Shown here piece after piece: positions 1-8,708 of a DNA stretch of 64,000 nt. The notes beneath the pieces are model-generated. The model ran no database searches and was not told where the DNA came from. It saw only the letters and a program-made list of their open reading frames with translations. The stretch comes from an uncultured Bacilli bacterium (GTDB lineage Bacteria > Bacillota_I > Bacilli_A > RF39 > UBA660), in the NCBI GenBank assembly GCA_949505625.1, contig CATBQD010000001.1, forward strand, positions 74,770 through 138,769, given 5' to 3'. Within the stretch, counting starts at the first letter, position 1; each line of letters begins with the position of its first letter. A program made the position numbers and the translations under genes.

Positions 1-1
1 T

Positions 2-1147
2 AAAGCTCCAAACAAACAACATTTTCACTATGTAACATTTGATGGGGTCTTAAAAGTAGGCGATAAAGTAATTGCCAATGTCAACGAAGACTTTAGACAC
101 CGTGTTATGTGTAATCATAGTGCAGCTCATGTTCTTCAAAGAACACTAAGAGAGGTATTAGGAGAAAGTGTATATCAAGCAGGTTCTGCAATCGATGATG
201 AGAATGTTCGATTTGACATTCACTATGAAGGTAAAATTACAAAAGAAGAATTAATAAAAACAGAAGAAAGAGTCAATGAACGAATTGCCACAAAAGTAGA
301 TACCAAAACAGAAGTTTTAACGCTAGAAGAAGCCAAACAAACAGGAGCAATGGCGTTATTTGATGAAAAATATGGGGATAAAGTAAGAGTTGTAACAATC
401 GGAGACTCTAAAGAATTCTGTGGTGGAACCCATGTAAAAAATATTGGAGAAATAGAACGTTTTGCTATCGTATCGCTAGAATCAAAAGGAAGTAATGTAT
501 ATCGTATTGTAGGCGCAACAGGTGATAGAATAGAATCGGCTTTATTTAGAGCGATTAAGCCATATAATGACGAAATGATGAAACTGCTTTCAAAAGCCAA
601 AAGAATTATAGAAGAAGCAAAGCAAGAAGAAATAATATTAGACTTTAACTTTAATATTAATAATGATGCACCACATACTTATAAAGACATTGTGTTTAAT
701 CTAAATGAAATGGAAACCATTAAAAAAAGTGTGATGGAATTAGAAAAACAATATTTGGAAGAAAAATCAAAAAAAGCACTTCAGAATTTAGATACATTTA
801 TGAGTAAAAAAGAAATAATAGGAGATATAGAAACGATTATTATGAAAGTCGAAAATTATGATTTGAGCATTTTGAAACAAGTCATAGATGCTCTTCTAAA
901 TAGTTTACAAAATGGATTTATCTTTATTGCTAATGTGAATAATGGAAGTGTCAATTATTTTGCAAAATCCCATAATAATCTGAAAGATACAATACATTGT
1001 GGAAATATCGTAAAAGAAGCAGCTTTGAAATCAGACGGTTCAGGCGGTGGAAGTCCTCTTTTTGCTCAAGGTGGAGGAAAGAATGCGAATGCTTTAGATG
1101 AAATTTTAGAAACTGTGAAAAAACAAATAGAGGAACTAGTAAAATAG
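2..1147 (+). CDS. alaS: alanine--tRNA ligase, C-terminal part (5' end outside window)
   Basis: The frame is open from the window edge. Editing-domain metal motifs HSAAH and CGGTH are present, plus a C-terminal GGGSPLFAQGGGK (DHHA1-like). The Bacillus-type alaS-yrzL-ruvX-yrzB-mltG neighbourhood follows. Confidence 0.9.
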   Translation, partial: KAPNKQHFHYVTFDGVLKVGDKVIANVNEDFRHRVMCNHSAAHVLQRTLREVLGESVYQAGSAIDDENVRFDIHYEGKITKEELIKTEERVNERIATKVDTKTEVLTLEEAKQTGAMALFDEKYGDKVRVVTIGDSKEFCGGTHVKNIGEIERFAIVSLESKGSNVYRIVGATGDRIESALFRAIKPYNDEMMKLLSKAKRIIEEAKQEEIILDFNFNINNDAPHTYKDIVFNLNEMETIKKSVMELEKQYLEEKSKKALQNLDTFMSKKEIIGDIETIIMKVENYDLSILKQVIDALLNSLQNGFIFIANVNNGSVNYFAKSHNNLKDTIHCGNIVKEAALKSDGSGGGSPLFAQGGGKNANALDEILETVKKQIEELVK

Positions 1148-1197
1148 TTTCTCTTTCTGTTATAATAAAAATATAAATATTAGAAAGTAGAGAATAT

Positions 1198-1755
1198 ATG
1201 AAAGAAGAATTAGAACTTACCATAAAATTAACTGGGTCTTTAGAAGAAATCCAAAAATTATTAGAGAATGCTGGATGTGAATTTATAGAAGAAAGTATCT
1301 TAGATGATATTTATATGAAACAAACAGGACATTATCAAACTGTAGAGGACTTATTAAATCATTGTATTTTGATTCGAAAAGAGGGAAACTATTTTAAAGG
1401 ATTTACAGTTAAGAAAAAGGAATATAAGGAAAATGGTGATCTTTCAAAAGATCAAAAGTTATATTTAGAAATATCAGATTTAGAAAAGGGAAAATTGTTT
1501 TTAGAGCTTATTGGATACCAAGAATTATTTCATTTAAAACAAAAGATGTACTTTTATAAACGAGAGAGTTCAAGATTATCCATTCAAGTTATAGAAGATT
1601 TAGGGATTTTCTTAGAATATGAGGGAAGTGAATTTGAAACCGAAGAAAAGATAAAACAAATTTTAAATCATATTTTTCATCAAACATTTATTAATTATTA
1701 TGAAAAAAAAGCCATTATGTATATTGAAAAGTATCATTTATTTATACAGGAATGA
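1198..1755 (+). CDS. CYTH-like (CyaB/ThTPase-type) domain protein
   Basis: 185-aa ORF. The acidic N-terminal strand EELELTIK and the GIFLEYEG strand resemble CYTH triphosphate-tunnel proteins. This rests on motif-level recall only. Confidence 0.45.
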   Translation: MKEELELTIKLTGSLEEIQKLLENAGCEFIEESILDDIYMKQTGHYQTVEDLLNHCILIRKEGNYFKGFTVKKKEYKENGDLSKDQKLYLEISDLEKGKLFLELIGYQELFHLKQKMYFYKRESSRLSIQVIEDLGIFLEYEGSEFETEEKIKQILNHIFHQTFINYYEKKAIMYIEKYHLFIQE

Positions 1756-1805
1756 TTGCAATAAATGATAATATTTGATAAAATGAAGTTGTATTCATAA
1801 AGTAG

Positions 1806-2057
1806 GTGATGAATTTGGGAGAAACAAAAGTTTATAATGGAGATGAATTTGAAAGTGCACTTATTGAAACAACAATTATTGAAGTCGCTGAGATTCTAGA
1901 AGAAAGAGGATATAATCCAATTAATCAGATTGTTGGATATTTGATGAGTGGAGATCCAGGTTATATTTCTAGTCACAAAGAGGCCAGAAAAAAGATTCTT
2001 CAATTTGACCAAGCTAAAATTTTGGAAGTAATGGTAAGAAAGTTTTTAAATAAATGA
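1806..2057 (+). CDS. IreB/UPF0297 family protein (YrzL-like)
   Basis: EERGYNPINQIVGYLMSGDPGYISSHKEAR matches the UPF0297 signature, and the position before ruvX is conserved. The start codon is uncertain (GTG 1806, ATG 1809 or TTG 1815). Confidence 0.85.
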   Translation: MMNLGETKVYNGDEFESALIETTIIEVAEILEERGYNPINQIVGYLMSGDPGYISSHKEARKKILQFDQAKILEVMVRKFLNK

Positions 2058-2482
2058 GGTATTTAGGTTTAGATCTTGGAACTAAGACTTTAGGGATATC
2101 CATTTCGGATGCTACAGCAACAATTGCGAATTCCTATAAAACAATTCGTTTTAATGAAGGAGATTATGAAACTTTAATTCCAGAATTAAAAAATATTATA
2201 GAAGAGTATAATATTGGAAAAATTGTTTTAGGCTTTCCAAAAAATATGAATAATACAGTAGGGGATAGAGGAATAACAACTCTAAACTTTAAAGAACAAA
2301 TAGAACAATTGCTAAATATTGAAGTAATTATGCAAGATGAACGTTTATCAACAGTAGAAGCGACACATTATATGGTAGAAGCTGATATGTCAAGAAAAAA
2401 AAGAAAAAAGAAAATTGATAGTTTAGCTGCCAATATCATATTACAGACGTATTTAGATAAAATGAAAGGAAGAGAATTATGA
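2054..2482 (+). CDS. ruvX: putative pre-16S rRNA nuclease / Holliday junction resolvase-like YqgF
   Basis: The N-terminus MRYLGLDLGTKTLGISISD is typical of YqgF/RuvX. There is an ATGA overlap with the upstream gene. Confidence 0.9.
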   Translation: MRYLGLDLGTKTLGISISDATATIANSYKTIRFNEGDYETLIPELKNIIEEYNIGKIVLGFPKNMNNTVGDRGITTLNFKEQIEQLLNIEVIMQDERLSTVEATHYMVEADMSRKKRKKKIDSLAANIILQTYLDKMKGREL

Positions 2483-2766
2483 GTGAAGAAAGAATGACAT
2501 TTAAAGTAACAGATGATGCAGGAAAAGAAATAGAATGTGAAGTTTTGTTTACATTTGAATCAGATGAGACAAAGAAAAATTATATGGTATATACCGATAA
2601 TACAACAGATGAAGAAGGAAATACAAAAGTATATGCTTCTATTTATAATCCGAATGAAGCAGAAACAAAATTGATTCCAATTGAAACTGAAAAAGAGTGG
2701 AAAATTATTGAAACAATTTTAGAAGAATTACAAACAAAAGCAGCAGAAAGTATGAACGAGCAATAG
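2479..2766 (+). CDS. DUF1292 family protein (YrzB-like)
   Basis: 95-aa acidic protein in the conserved slot after ruvX, with an ATGA overlap. Confidence 0.75.
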   Translation: MSEERMTFKVTDDAGKEIECEVLFTFESDETKKNYMVYTDNTTDEEGNTKVYASIYNPNEAETKLIPIETEKEWKIIETILEELQTKAAESMNEQ

Positions 2767-2781
2767 CTCGTTTTTAGCGTT

Positions 2782-3876
2782 ATGGCGAAAAGAAAGTTAA
2801 AGTCTGGCGTAAAAAAGGGGATTTTTGGTTTTGTAGTGTTTGTAATTTTTATTATTGTAATTTTATACTTTTTATTTGAATGGGGATTAAAACCTGTTAC
2901 AAATAAAAATACACCTGTCGAATTTACGATTGCACCAGGAGAAACCTATTTAACAATTGCAAAAGATTTGAAAGAAAAAAAATTAATTAATTCAGAAATT
3001 GTCTATAAGATATATATAAAAATGAATAAGCCAACTAATTTTAGGGCAGGTACATTTTCTTTAAATCAAAATATGGGAGTTAAAAAATTAGTAGAAGCAC
3101 TTTCTAATGATAGTGAGCTTACAACAGAATCGATTACGATTACTTTTCCAGAAGGAAAACATATGAGAGGGATTGCTAAAATCATAGAAAGTAAAACAAA
3201 TAATAAAGAAGAAGAAGTATTTGCAGTATTAAAAGAGCAGGATTATTTAAAGGAATTAATTAATGAATATTGGTTCTTAGATGAAAGTATTTTAGATACG
3301 AAACTCTATTATTCTTTGGAAGGATATTTGTTCCCAGATACTTATGAATTTAAAAATAAAAATGTAACAGTAAAAGAAATATTTAAAAAAATGTTAGATC
3401 AAACGGGAAAGAAACTAGAATCTTATAAAGAAGAAATTGAAAAAAGTGATTATACACTTCATGAAATGTTGACCCTTGCTTCTATTGTTGAATTAGAAGC
3501 CGCAGGAAGTGATGATAGAGCTGGAGTAGCAGGAGTATTCTATAATCGTTTAGAGGCAGGTTGGTCTTTAGGCAGCGATGTTACTACTTATTATGGAGCA
3601 AAAGTAGAAATGAGTGAAAGAGACTTATATCAAAGCGAAATAGATGAAGTTAACGATTATAATACTAGATCTGTAAAAATGGCTGGAAAACTTCCAATAG
3701 GACCTATTTGTAATCCTGGAATGAATGCAATAAAAGCGTCTATTGAACCAACTGAGCACAAGAATTATTTCTTTGTAGCAGATAAAAATGGTAAAACATA
3801 TTTTAGTAAAACTAATAGTGAGCATGAAAAAATGGTAGCAAAATTAAAAAATGAGGGACTATGGTACGAGTATTAA
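2782..3876 (+). CDS. mltG: endolytic murein transglycosylase MltG (YceG-like)
   Basis: It has a basic N-terminus plus a TM helix, and a YceG-like core (LASIVELEA, GVFYNRL, YNTR, LPIGPICNPG). No obvious SD precedes the ATG. Confidence 0.9.
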   Translation: MAKRKLKSGVKKGIFGFVVFVIFIIVILYFLFEWGLKPVTNKNTPVEFTIAPGETYLTIAKDLKEKKLINSEIVYKIYIKMNKPTNFRAGTFSLNQNMGVKKLVEALSNDSELTTESITITFPEGKHMRGIAKIIESKTNNKEEEVFAVLKEQDYLKELINEYWFLDESILDTKLYYSLEGYLFPDTYEFKNKNVTVKEIFKKMLDQTGKKLESYKEEIEKSDYTLHEMLTLASIVELEAAGSDDRAGVAGVFYNRLEAGWSLGSDVTTYYGAKVEMSERDLYQSEIDEVNDYNTRSVKMAGKLPIGPICNPGMNAIKASIEPTEHKNYFFVADKNGKTYFSKTNSEHEKMVAKLKNEGLWYEY

Positions 3877-4445
3877 TAGAAGAAATGGAAGCTTATGCCA
3901 AAGAAAATAAAATTCCAATTATGTTACCTGATGGAATTGAATTTTTAGAAAATTATATCAGAAAAAATAAAATTAAAAAGATTTTAGAATTAGGAACTGC
4001 TATTGGATATTCTGCGATTAGAATGGCTTCAATTTCAAAAGATATTCAAATTATAACGATTGAAAGAGATCAAGAACGTTATCAAAAAGCAATTGAGAAT
4101 ATAAAAAAAGCAGGAATGCAGAATCAAATACAAGTTTTAAATCAAGATATTATGGATTTTAATACAGAAGAAAAATTTGATTTAATTTTTATTGATGCAG
4201 CTAAAAGTCAATACATAAAGTATTTTGAAAAATTCTCTTTCAATTTGATAAAAGATGGAGTTATCATTTCTGATAATTTAAATTTTCATGGATACACCAA
4301 ACAAGAAACGAGAATAGAAAGTAAAAATTTACGTCAAATGGTTGGTAAAATCAAAAATTATATTGAATTTTTAAAAGAAAATAAAGAATTTAAAACAACT
4401 TTTATTGAACTTGGAGACGGAATTGGAATCAGCGAAAAGTTGTAA
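3861..4445 (+). CDS. trmR: SAM-dependent O-methyltransferase, YrrM/TrmR-like
   Basis: The class I MTase motif ILELGTAIGYSAIRMA and DLIFIDAAK are present. It occupies the yrrM position upstream of the U32 pair and overlaps the mltG end by 16 nt, with a GAGGGA RBS. Confidence 0.7.
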   Translation: MVRVLIEEMEAYAKENKIPIMLPDGIEFLENYIRKNKIKKILELGTAIGYSAIRMASISKDIQIITIERDQERYQKAIENIKKAGMQNQIQVLNQDIMDFNTEEKFDLIFIDAAKSQYIKYFEKFSFNLIKDGVIISDNLNFHGYTKQETRIESKNLRQMVGKIKNYIEFLKENKEFKTTFIELGDGIGISEKL

Positions 4446-4458
4446 AGGGCGGTGAAAA

Positions 4459-5919
4459 ATGAAAAATATTGTTTATATCGGAGCTTCTGAAAATGGTTTG
4501 TATCTAGAAATTAAAGGATCAGGAAGAACTGGGGAAACATACCGAAGAAGAACAAACAAAGAAGAAACAATTAGGGAATATATTTCTAAAAAAGCAATTC
4601 ATTTTGTAGATGCAGTAATCAAAGGAGAAGATTTAACTTTATATACAGCAGACCATGCTACTATTGTTATAAGAAATTATGAAAAATTACAGAATGAGTC
4701 GATTCTAAAAATATTGTTTCGAAGATTAAATAGAGCCCCTATTGTTTCAGAAAATCTAAAACAAAATGAGAGAACAAATCTTATCCAAGCTTTACAATTA
4801 AAAATCTTATATGCTAATAAAGTAAAATTGGCAAGTCTTGCTTTAACTGGAACATTATTAGTAACAGGTTCTATCTTTATGTTAAATGGAGTTTCTAATA
4901 TTCATATGCAACAAGAACCTGTTCAAGATATTATAGTAGAACGGTTTATAGAAGATCCAACTGAAAAAGATATCATAGAAGAAATAGAACCTATTGCTTA
5001 TATAGAAGAGCAACAAGAAATTAATGCTTCTGAATCTTCTCATCAGCCAGAACAATCCGAAGTTGATATTTTTGAATTTTCTCATCGATTAGAACAAACA
5101 AGGAATTTACAAGAAAACTATAGTGGCTATGATAATTCTAGAATTATGCTAGGAGCTCGAGTAAATAGCGAACGGATAGAAAATATCTTTGAAAGTGAAC
5201 GAGGAAAAATAATTATTGAAACAGCACGTTCCTACGGAATAGACCCTTATTTATTGCTTGCAAAAGGGCTTGCAGAATCAAACTTACAGCATGAAGATTG
5301 TTGTCCAAATGGAAATCGTTATAATGGATATGGAGTAGGTGCTTTTCAATTAGAATCACCAGATGGAAGAATTGTAAAAGCTTGGAATTATGAAACAGGT
5401 AGTGAAGACTCTTTATCAGTAACTATGGAAAATGCAATTGATTTTGAGAAAAATGCCCAAGCCGCCGCTATGTATACACAAATTAGAATGAATTTATATA
5501 ATGGAAATCCTTATTTAGCGCTTCAATCTTACAATTATGGTCAAGGTATGATGCGAATTATTATTCATGATTATGCAAAACAAAAGGGGATTACTGAAGA
5601 AGAAGTCAAAAACAATATTGATGATTTAGGATGGTTATCTATTGTAGAGGATGTCCATAACAATCCAAATAATTATTATTATCGTGTTGCGATCGATTTA
5701 GACGAAACTGATCCAGATGTAATTGCTGAAGCTCAGAGAAAATATGTCTGGAAACATGCTACTTATGGAAATCCACATTATCTTGCTGATGTTCTTTCTT
5801 ATTATGTGGGATTACAATCGCAGAACAAAAATTTAGATGGGACAAGCACTATTATTGACTTTAGTAATCAAGATATAAAACAAGTATCAGAAGATAATAT
5901 GAAACCAAAAATGTTTTAA
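4459..5919 (+). CDS. membrane-anchored lytic transglycosylase (SLT domain) protein
   Basis: It has a cytoplasmic N-domain, one TM helix (LASLALTGTLLVTGSIFML) and an acidic linker. The C-terminal SLT-like motifs are AESNL (catalytic Glu), GVGAFQLES and SYNYGQG. Confidence 0.7.
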   Translation: MKNIVYIGASENGLYLEIKGSGRTGETYRRRTNKEETIREYISKKAIHFVDAVIKGEDLTLYTADHATIVIRNYEKLQNESILKILFRRLNRAPIVSENLKQNERTNLIQALQLKILYANKVKLASLALTGTLLVTGSIFMLNGVSNIHMQQEPVQDIIVERFIEDPTEKDIIEEIEPIAYIEEQQEINASESSHQPEQSEVDIFEFSHRLEQTRNLQENYSGYDNSRIMLGARVNSERIENIFESERGKIIIETARSYGIDPYLLLAKGLAESNLQHEDCCPNGNRYNGYGVGAFQLESPDGRIVKAWNYETGSEDSLSVTMENAIDFEKNAQAAAMYTQIRMNLYNGNPYLALQSYNYGQGMMRIIIHDYAKQKGITEEEVKNNIDDLGWLSIVEDVHNNPNNYYYRVAIDLDETDPDVIAEAQRKYVWKHATYGNPHYLADVLSYYVGLQSQNKNLDGTSTIIDFSNQDIKQVSEDNMKPKMF

Positions 5920-5920
5920 G

Positions 5921-5963
5921 AATACAGATTTTAGATTAAAACTCTAAAACTCTGTATTTTTTT
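5921..5963 (+). terminator. intrinsic terminator after the SLT gene
   Basis: Hairpin AATACAGATTTTAGA / TCTAAAA(C)TCTGTATT followed by a T-run. Confidence 0.7.
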
Positions 5964-5981
5964 GCTATTTCATTCCATTTT

Positions 5982-5990
5982 TGCTATAAT
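5982..5990 (+). promoter_or_regulatory. extended -10 promoter element TGCTATAAT
   Basis: TTTTGCTATAAT lies about 20 nt upstream of the ATG at 6009. The same 11-mer recurs before priA, the GT2 gene and rlmN. Confidence 0.5.
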
Positions 5991-6008
5991 ACGATGGGAT
6001 GTGATAGT

Positions 6009-6872
6009 ATGAAAATATTGACAATACCAAATAATAAATTCCAAAAAATTACTACAGATGGAGTTATTTTAGGCATTCAAGATTTAAGCGTCAATATGCC
6101 CTTTTATATTTCTATAGATGATTTAAAAGACTATATGAAATTAAAAGAAGAAGGAAAACAAATCTTTATCATGTTAAATAAAAATATGCATAATAAAGAT
6201 TTAGAACAACTAAAGAAAATAATGCTAGAATTAGAACAATATTCAATAGATGGAGTATTCTATTATGACGTTAGTGTTGTTAGTTTAAAGAAAGAATTAC
6301 AAGTATCCTATCCTCTTATTTGGAGTCAAGAACACTTAACAACAAATGCTGGAACTTGTAATTTCTGGGCTTCTCATGGTGTAAAAGGAGCCTATCTTTC
6401 AAGTGAAATTACATTAGATGAAATAAAAGAAATAAGAAAAAGTACAAATGTTTCTTTATTTGTAAATATTTTTGGTTATCTTCCAATGTTTGATTCTAAA
6501 AGGCATTTAGTAAAAAACTACTTAGAGTGTTTTGGACTAGAAGAAAATGGGAATTTATACTATTTAGAAAAGGAAGGAAATAAATATCCAATTGTAGATG
6601 ATCATAATGGGACAACGGTCTATTCTGCTCATATTCTAAATGTAATAAAGGAAGTATTAGAATTAGAACAAATCGGGATTGAATATGCTGTTTTAAATAG
6701 CTTTTTGATAGAGGAAAATACCTTTAATCAAGTTACAAACTTATTGCAGAATTTGACAGAAGAAAACAAAGAAGAAACTGAAAAAACTGTCAATGAATTG
6801 TGTAAACAAAATGTGGATAAAGGATTTTTATATACAGAAACAGTATACAAAATAAAGGGGGAAAATATATGA
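6009..6872 (+). CDS. peptidase U32 family protein (YrrN/TrhP1-like)
   Basis: A U32-family-like sequence in the yrrN position, ATGA-coupled to the next U32 gene. I moved the start to ATG 6009 because the ATG at 5994 lies at the predicted transcription start. Confidence 0.75.
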   Translation: MKILTIPNNKFQKITTDGVILGIQDLSVNMPFYISIDDLKDYMKLKEEGKQIFIMLNKNMHNKDLEQLKKIMLELEQYSIDGVFYYDVSVVSLKKELQVSYPLIWSQEHLTTNAGTCNFWASHGVKGAYLSSEITLDEIKEIRKSTNVSLFVNIFGYLPMFDSKRHLVKNYLECFGLEENGNLYYLEKEGNKYPIVDDHNGTTVYSAHILNVIKEVLELEQIGIEYAVLNSFLIEENTFNQVTNLLQNLTEENKEETEKTVNELCKQNVDKGFLYTETVYKIKGENI

Positions 6873-8059
6873 AAAAACCAGAATTATTAGCCCCAGCAGG
6901 CAGTTTAGAAAAGCTTAAATTTGCTCTTCTTTATGGAGCTGATGCAGTTTATTTAGGCGGAACTATGTTTGGTCTTAGGGCTAATGCCTCTAACTTTACA
7001 TTAGAAGAACTAAAAGAAGGTGTAGAATTTGCTCACCATTTACACAAGAAAGTTTATGTAACTGTCAATATTGCACTTCATACTTCGGAATTAAAAGCTC
7101 TAACAGATTATTTAAAAGAATTAGATCAAATAGGAGTAGATGCGATAATTATTAGCGATCCAGCTATTATTTCTTTGGCCAAAGAAAATACAAATCTGGA
7201 ACTTCATTTATCAACTCAACAATCAACTTTAAATTATGAAGCTGTAAAATTTTGGAAACAAGAAGGAATTACTAGAATTGTTCTTGGAAGAGAAACAAGC
7301 AAAGAAGAAATAATGGAAATCAAAAAACATGTAGATATTGAAATTGAATGTTTTATTCATGGAGCGATGTGTGCTTCTTATAGTGGTAGATGTGTTCTTT
7401 CCAATTTTTTAACAGCAAGAGATTCCAATCGTGGTGGTTGTAGTCAAATTTGTAGATGGGATTTTGATTTAAAAGATAAAAATGAAAAACCATTAATCGG
7501 AGAAAAACCGTTTACATTTTGTACAAAAGATTTATCTTTATTAACTTATATTCCAGATATGATAGAAATGGGAGTGACTTCTTTTAAAATAGAAGGAAGA
7601 ATGCGTTCTATTTATTATATTGCAACGGTTGTCGATATTTATAGAAAAGTAATTGATGAATATGTGCAACAAAAGGAAAATTATGAATATAATAAGGAGT
7701 ATGAAAAAGTACTTACAAATTGTGCCAATAGAGATTCAGTACCTCAATTTTTTGATGGAAGTGAAGGTGTAGAATGTCAATATTATAATGGAAGAGTAGA
7801 AGTTTCAAATCAAGACTTTTTAGGACTTGTATTAGATTATCAAGATGGATATGCTTTAATAGAAGAAAGAAACTATTTTAAAGTTGGAGATACCGTAGAA
7901 TTCTTTGGACCAAATATAGATACTTTTCAGATAAAAATAGAGGAAATCATAGATGATTTAGGAGAGCATATTGATGTTGTTAGACATCCAAAACAGATTG
8001 TTAAAATAAAAGTTAATAAGCCTTTGTATCCGAATGATTTCGTGAGAATAAAAAAATAA
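6869..8059 (+). CDS. peptidase U32 family protein (YrrO/TrhP2-like)
   Basis: The U32 signature ECFIHGAMCASYSGRCVLSNF is present, with a GGGGGA RBS. Confidence 0.85.
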   Translation: MKKPELLAPAGSLEKLKFALLYGADAVYLGGTMFGLRANASNFTLEELKEGVEFAHHLHKKVYVTVNIALHTSELKALTDYLKELDQIGVDAIIISDPAIISLAKENTNLELHLSTQQSTLNYEAVKFWKQEGITRIVLGRETSKEEIMEIKKHVDIEIECFIHGAMCASYSGRCVLSNFLTARDSNRGGCSQICRWDFDLKDKNEKPLIGEKPFTFCTKDLSLLTYIPDMIEMGVTSFKIEGRMRSIYYIATVVDIYRKVIDEYVQQKENYEYNKEYEKVLTNCANRDSVPQFFDGSEGVECQYYNGRVEVSNQDFLGLVLDYQDGYALIEERNYFKVGDTVEFFGPNIDTFQIKIEEIIDDLGEHIDVVRHPKQIVKIKVNKPLYPNDFVRIKK

Positions 8060-8071
8060 TACAAAAGAAAG

Positions 8072-8100
8072 TTGACAAAAGAAAAAAACTGTAGTATTAT
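8072..8100 (+). promoter_or_regulatory. sigma-A type promoter of greA
   Basis: TTGACA-N17-TATTAT. Confidence 0.6.
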
Positions 8101-8142
8101 TTGGTAGATTTAAAAGAAAAATTAATTTTGAGGTGAAATAAA

Positions 8143-8613
8143 ATGTCAAATACAAAAGAAATTTACTTAACAAAAGCAGGCCTTGAAGAGATGCAAAAAG
8201 AGTTAGAGTATCTTAAATTAGAAAAAAGACCAGAAGTAATTAATGCTTTAAAAGATGCTCGTGCTTTAGGAGATTTAAGTGAAAATGCTGAATATGATGC
8301 AGCACGTACAGAACAGGCCATTGTAGAAGGTAAGATTCAAGAATTAGAAGCAATGATAGAAAATGCAGTTGTTATTAGTGATGTGAAAACAGATGAAGTG
8401 GCAATTGGATCAAAAGTGAAAATAGAATATGTAGAAGACAAAGAGACAGAAGAATATACAATTGTTGGAAGTAAAGAAGCAGATCCATTTCAAAATAAAA
8501 TTTCCAATGAATCACCAATTGCAAGTGCAATTTTAGGTCTTCATGTTGGAGATATTGTATCTGTTGAAAGTCCAAATGGAAAATATGACGTTAAAGTTGT
8601 AGAAATTATGTAA
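8143..8613 (+). CDS. greA: transcription elongation factor GreA
   Basis: LT..G...L..EL..L... RPEV...I..A...GDLSENAEYDAA matches the GreA coiled-coil signature. The length is 156 aa. Confidence 0.95.
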   Translation: MSNTKEIYLTKAGLEEMQKELEYLKLEKRPEVINALKDARALGDLSENAEYDAARTEQAIVEGKIQELEAMIENAVVISDVKTDEVAIGSKVKIEYVEDKETEEYTIVGSKEADPFQNKISNESPIASAILGLHVGDIVSVESPNGKYDVKVVEIM

Positions 8614-8632
8614 AAGCACTTCGTGCTTTTTT
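8612..8632 (+). terminator. intrinsic terminator after greA
   Basis: AAAAGCAC-TTC-GTGCTTTTTT. Confidence 0.75.
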
Positions 8633-8654
8633 ACTTTTAAAGAAGGGAAAAGTG

Positions 8655-8683
8655 TTGAATTATTAGGAAAAATAAGATATACT
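8655..8683 (+). promoter_or_regulatory. sigma-A type promoter of tig
   Basis: TTGAAT-N17-TATACT. Confidence 0.55.
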
Positions 8684-8708
8684 AGTAACATGAATTGGAG
8701 GAAAAAAT

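Noticed and set aside
223-600. A 125-aa minus-strand ORF antisense to alaS. Similar antisense or alternate-frame ORFs in the track include 951-1223, 3625-3825, 4882-5085, 7958-8173, 8375-8730, 9752-10128, 11710-11922, 15093-15350, 15599-15781, 22516-22713, 26338-26637, 27003-27320, 28347-28568, 36865-37194, 37915-38136, 41388-41988, 44136-44321, 44520-44986, 46033-46227, 48194-48406, 48617-48817, 49718-50264, 50466-51186, 52922-53116, 56665-56889, 59238-59660, 61428-61996, 62868-63053 and 63483-63743.
   Set aside because: All lie inside or opposite well-supported genes. Their composition is low-complexity and rich in Ser, Phe, Ile and Leu, as expected from translating AT-rich DNA out of frame. 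They lack RBSs, so I treat them as shadow ORFs.
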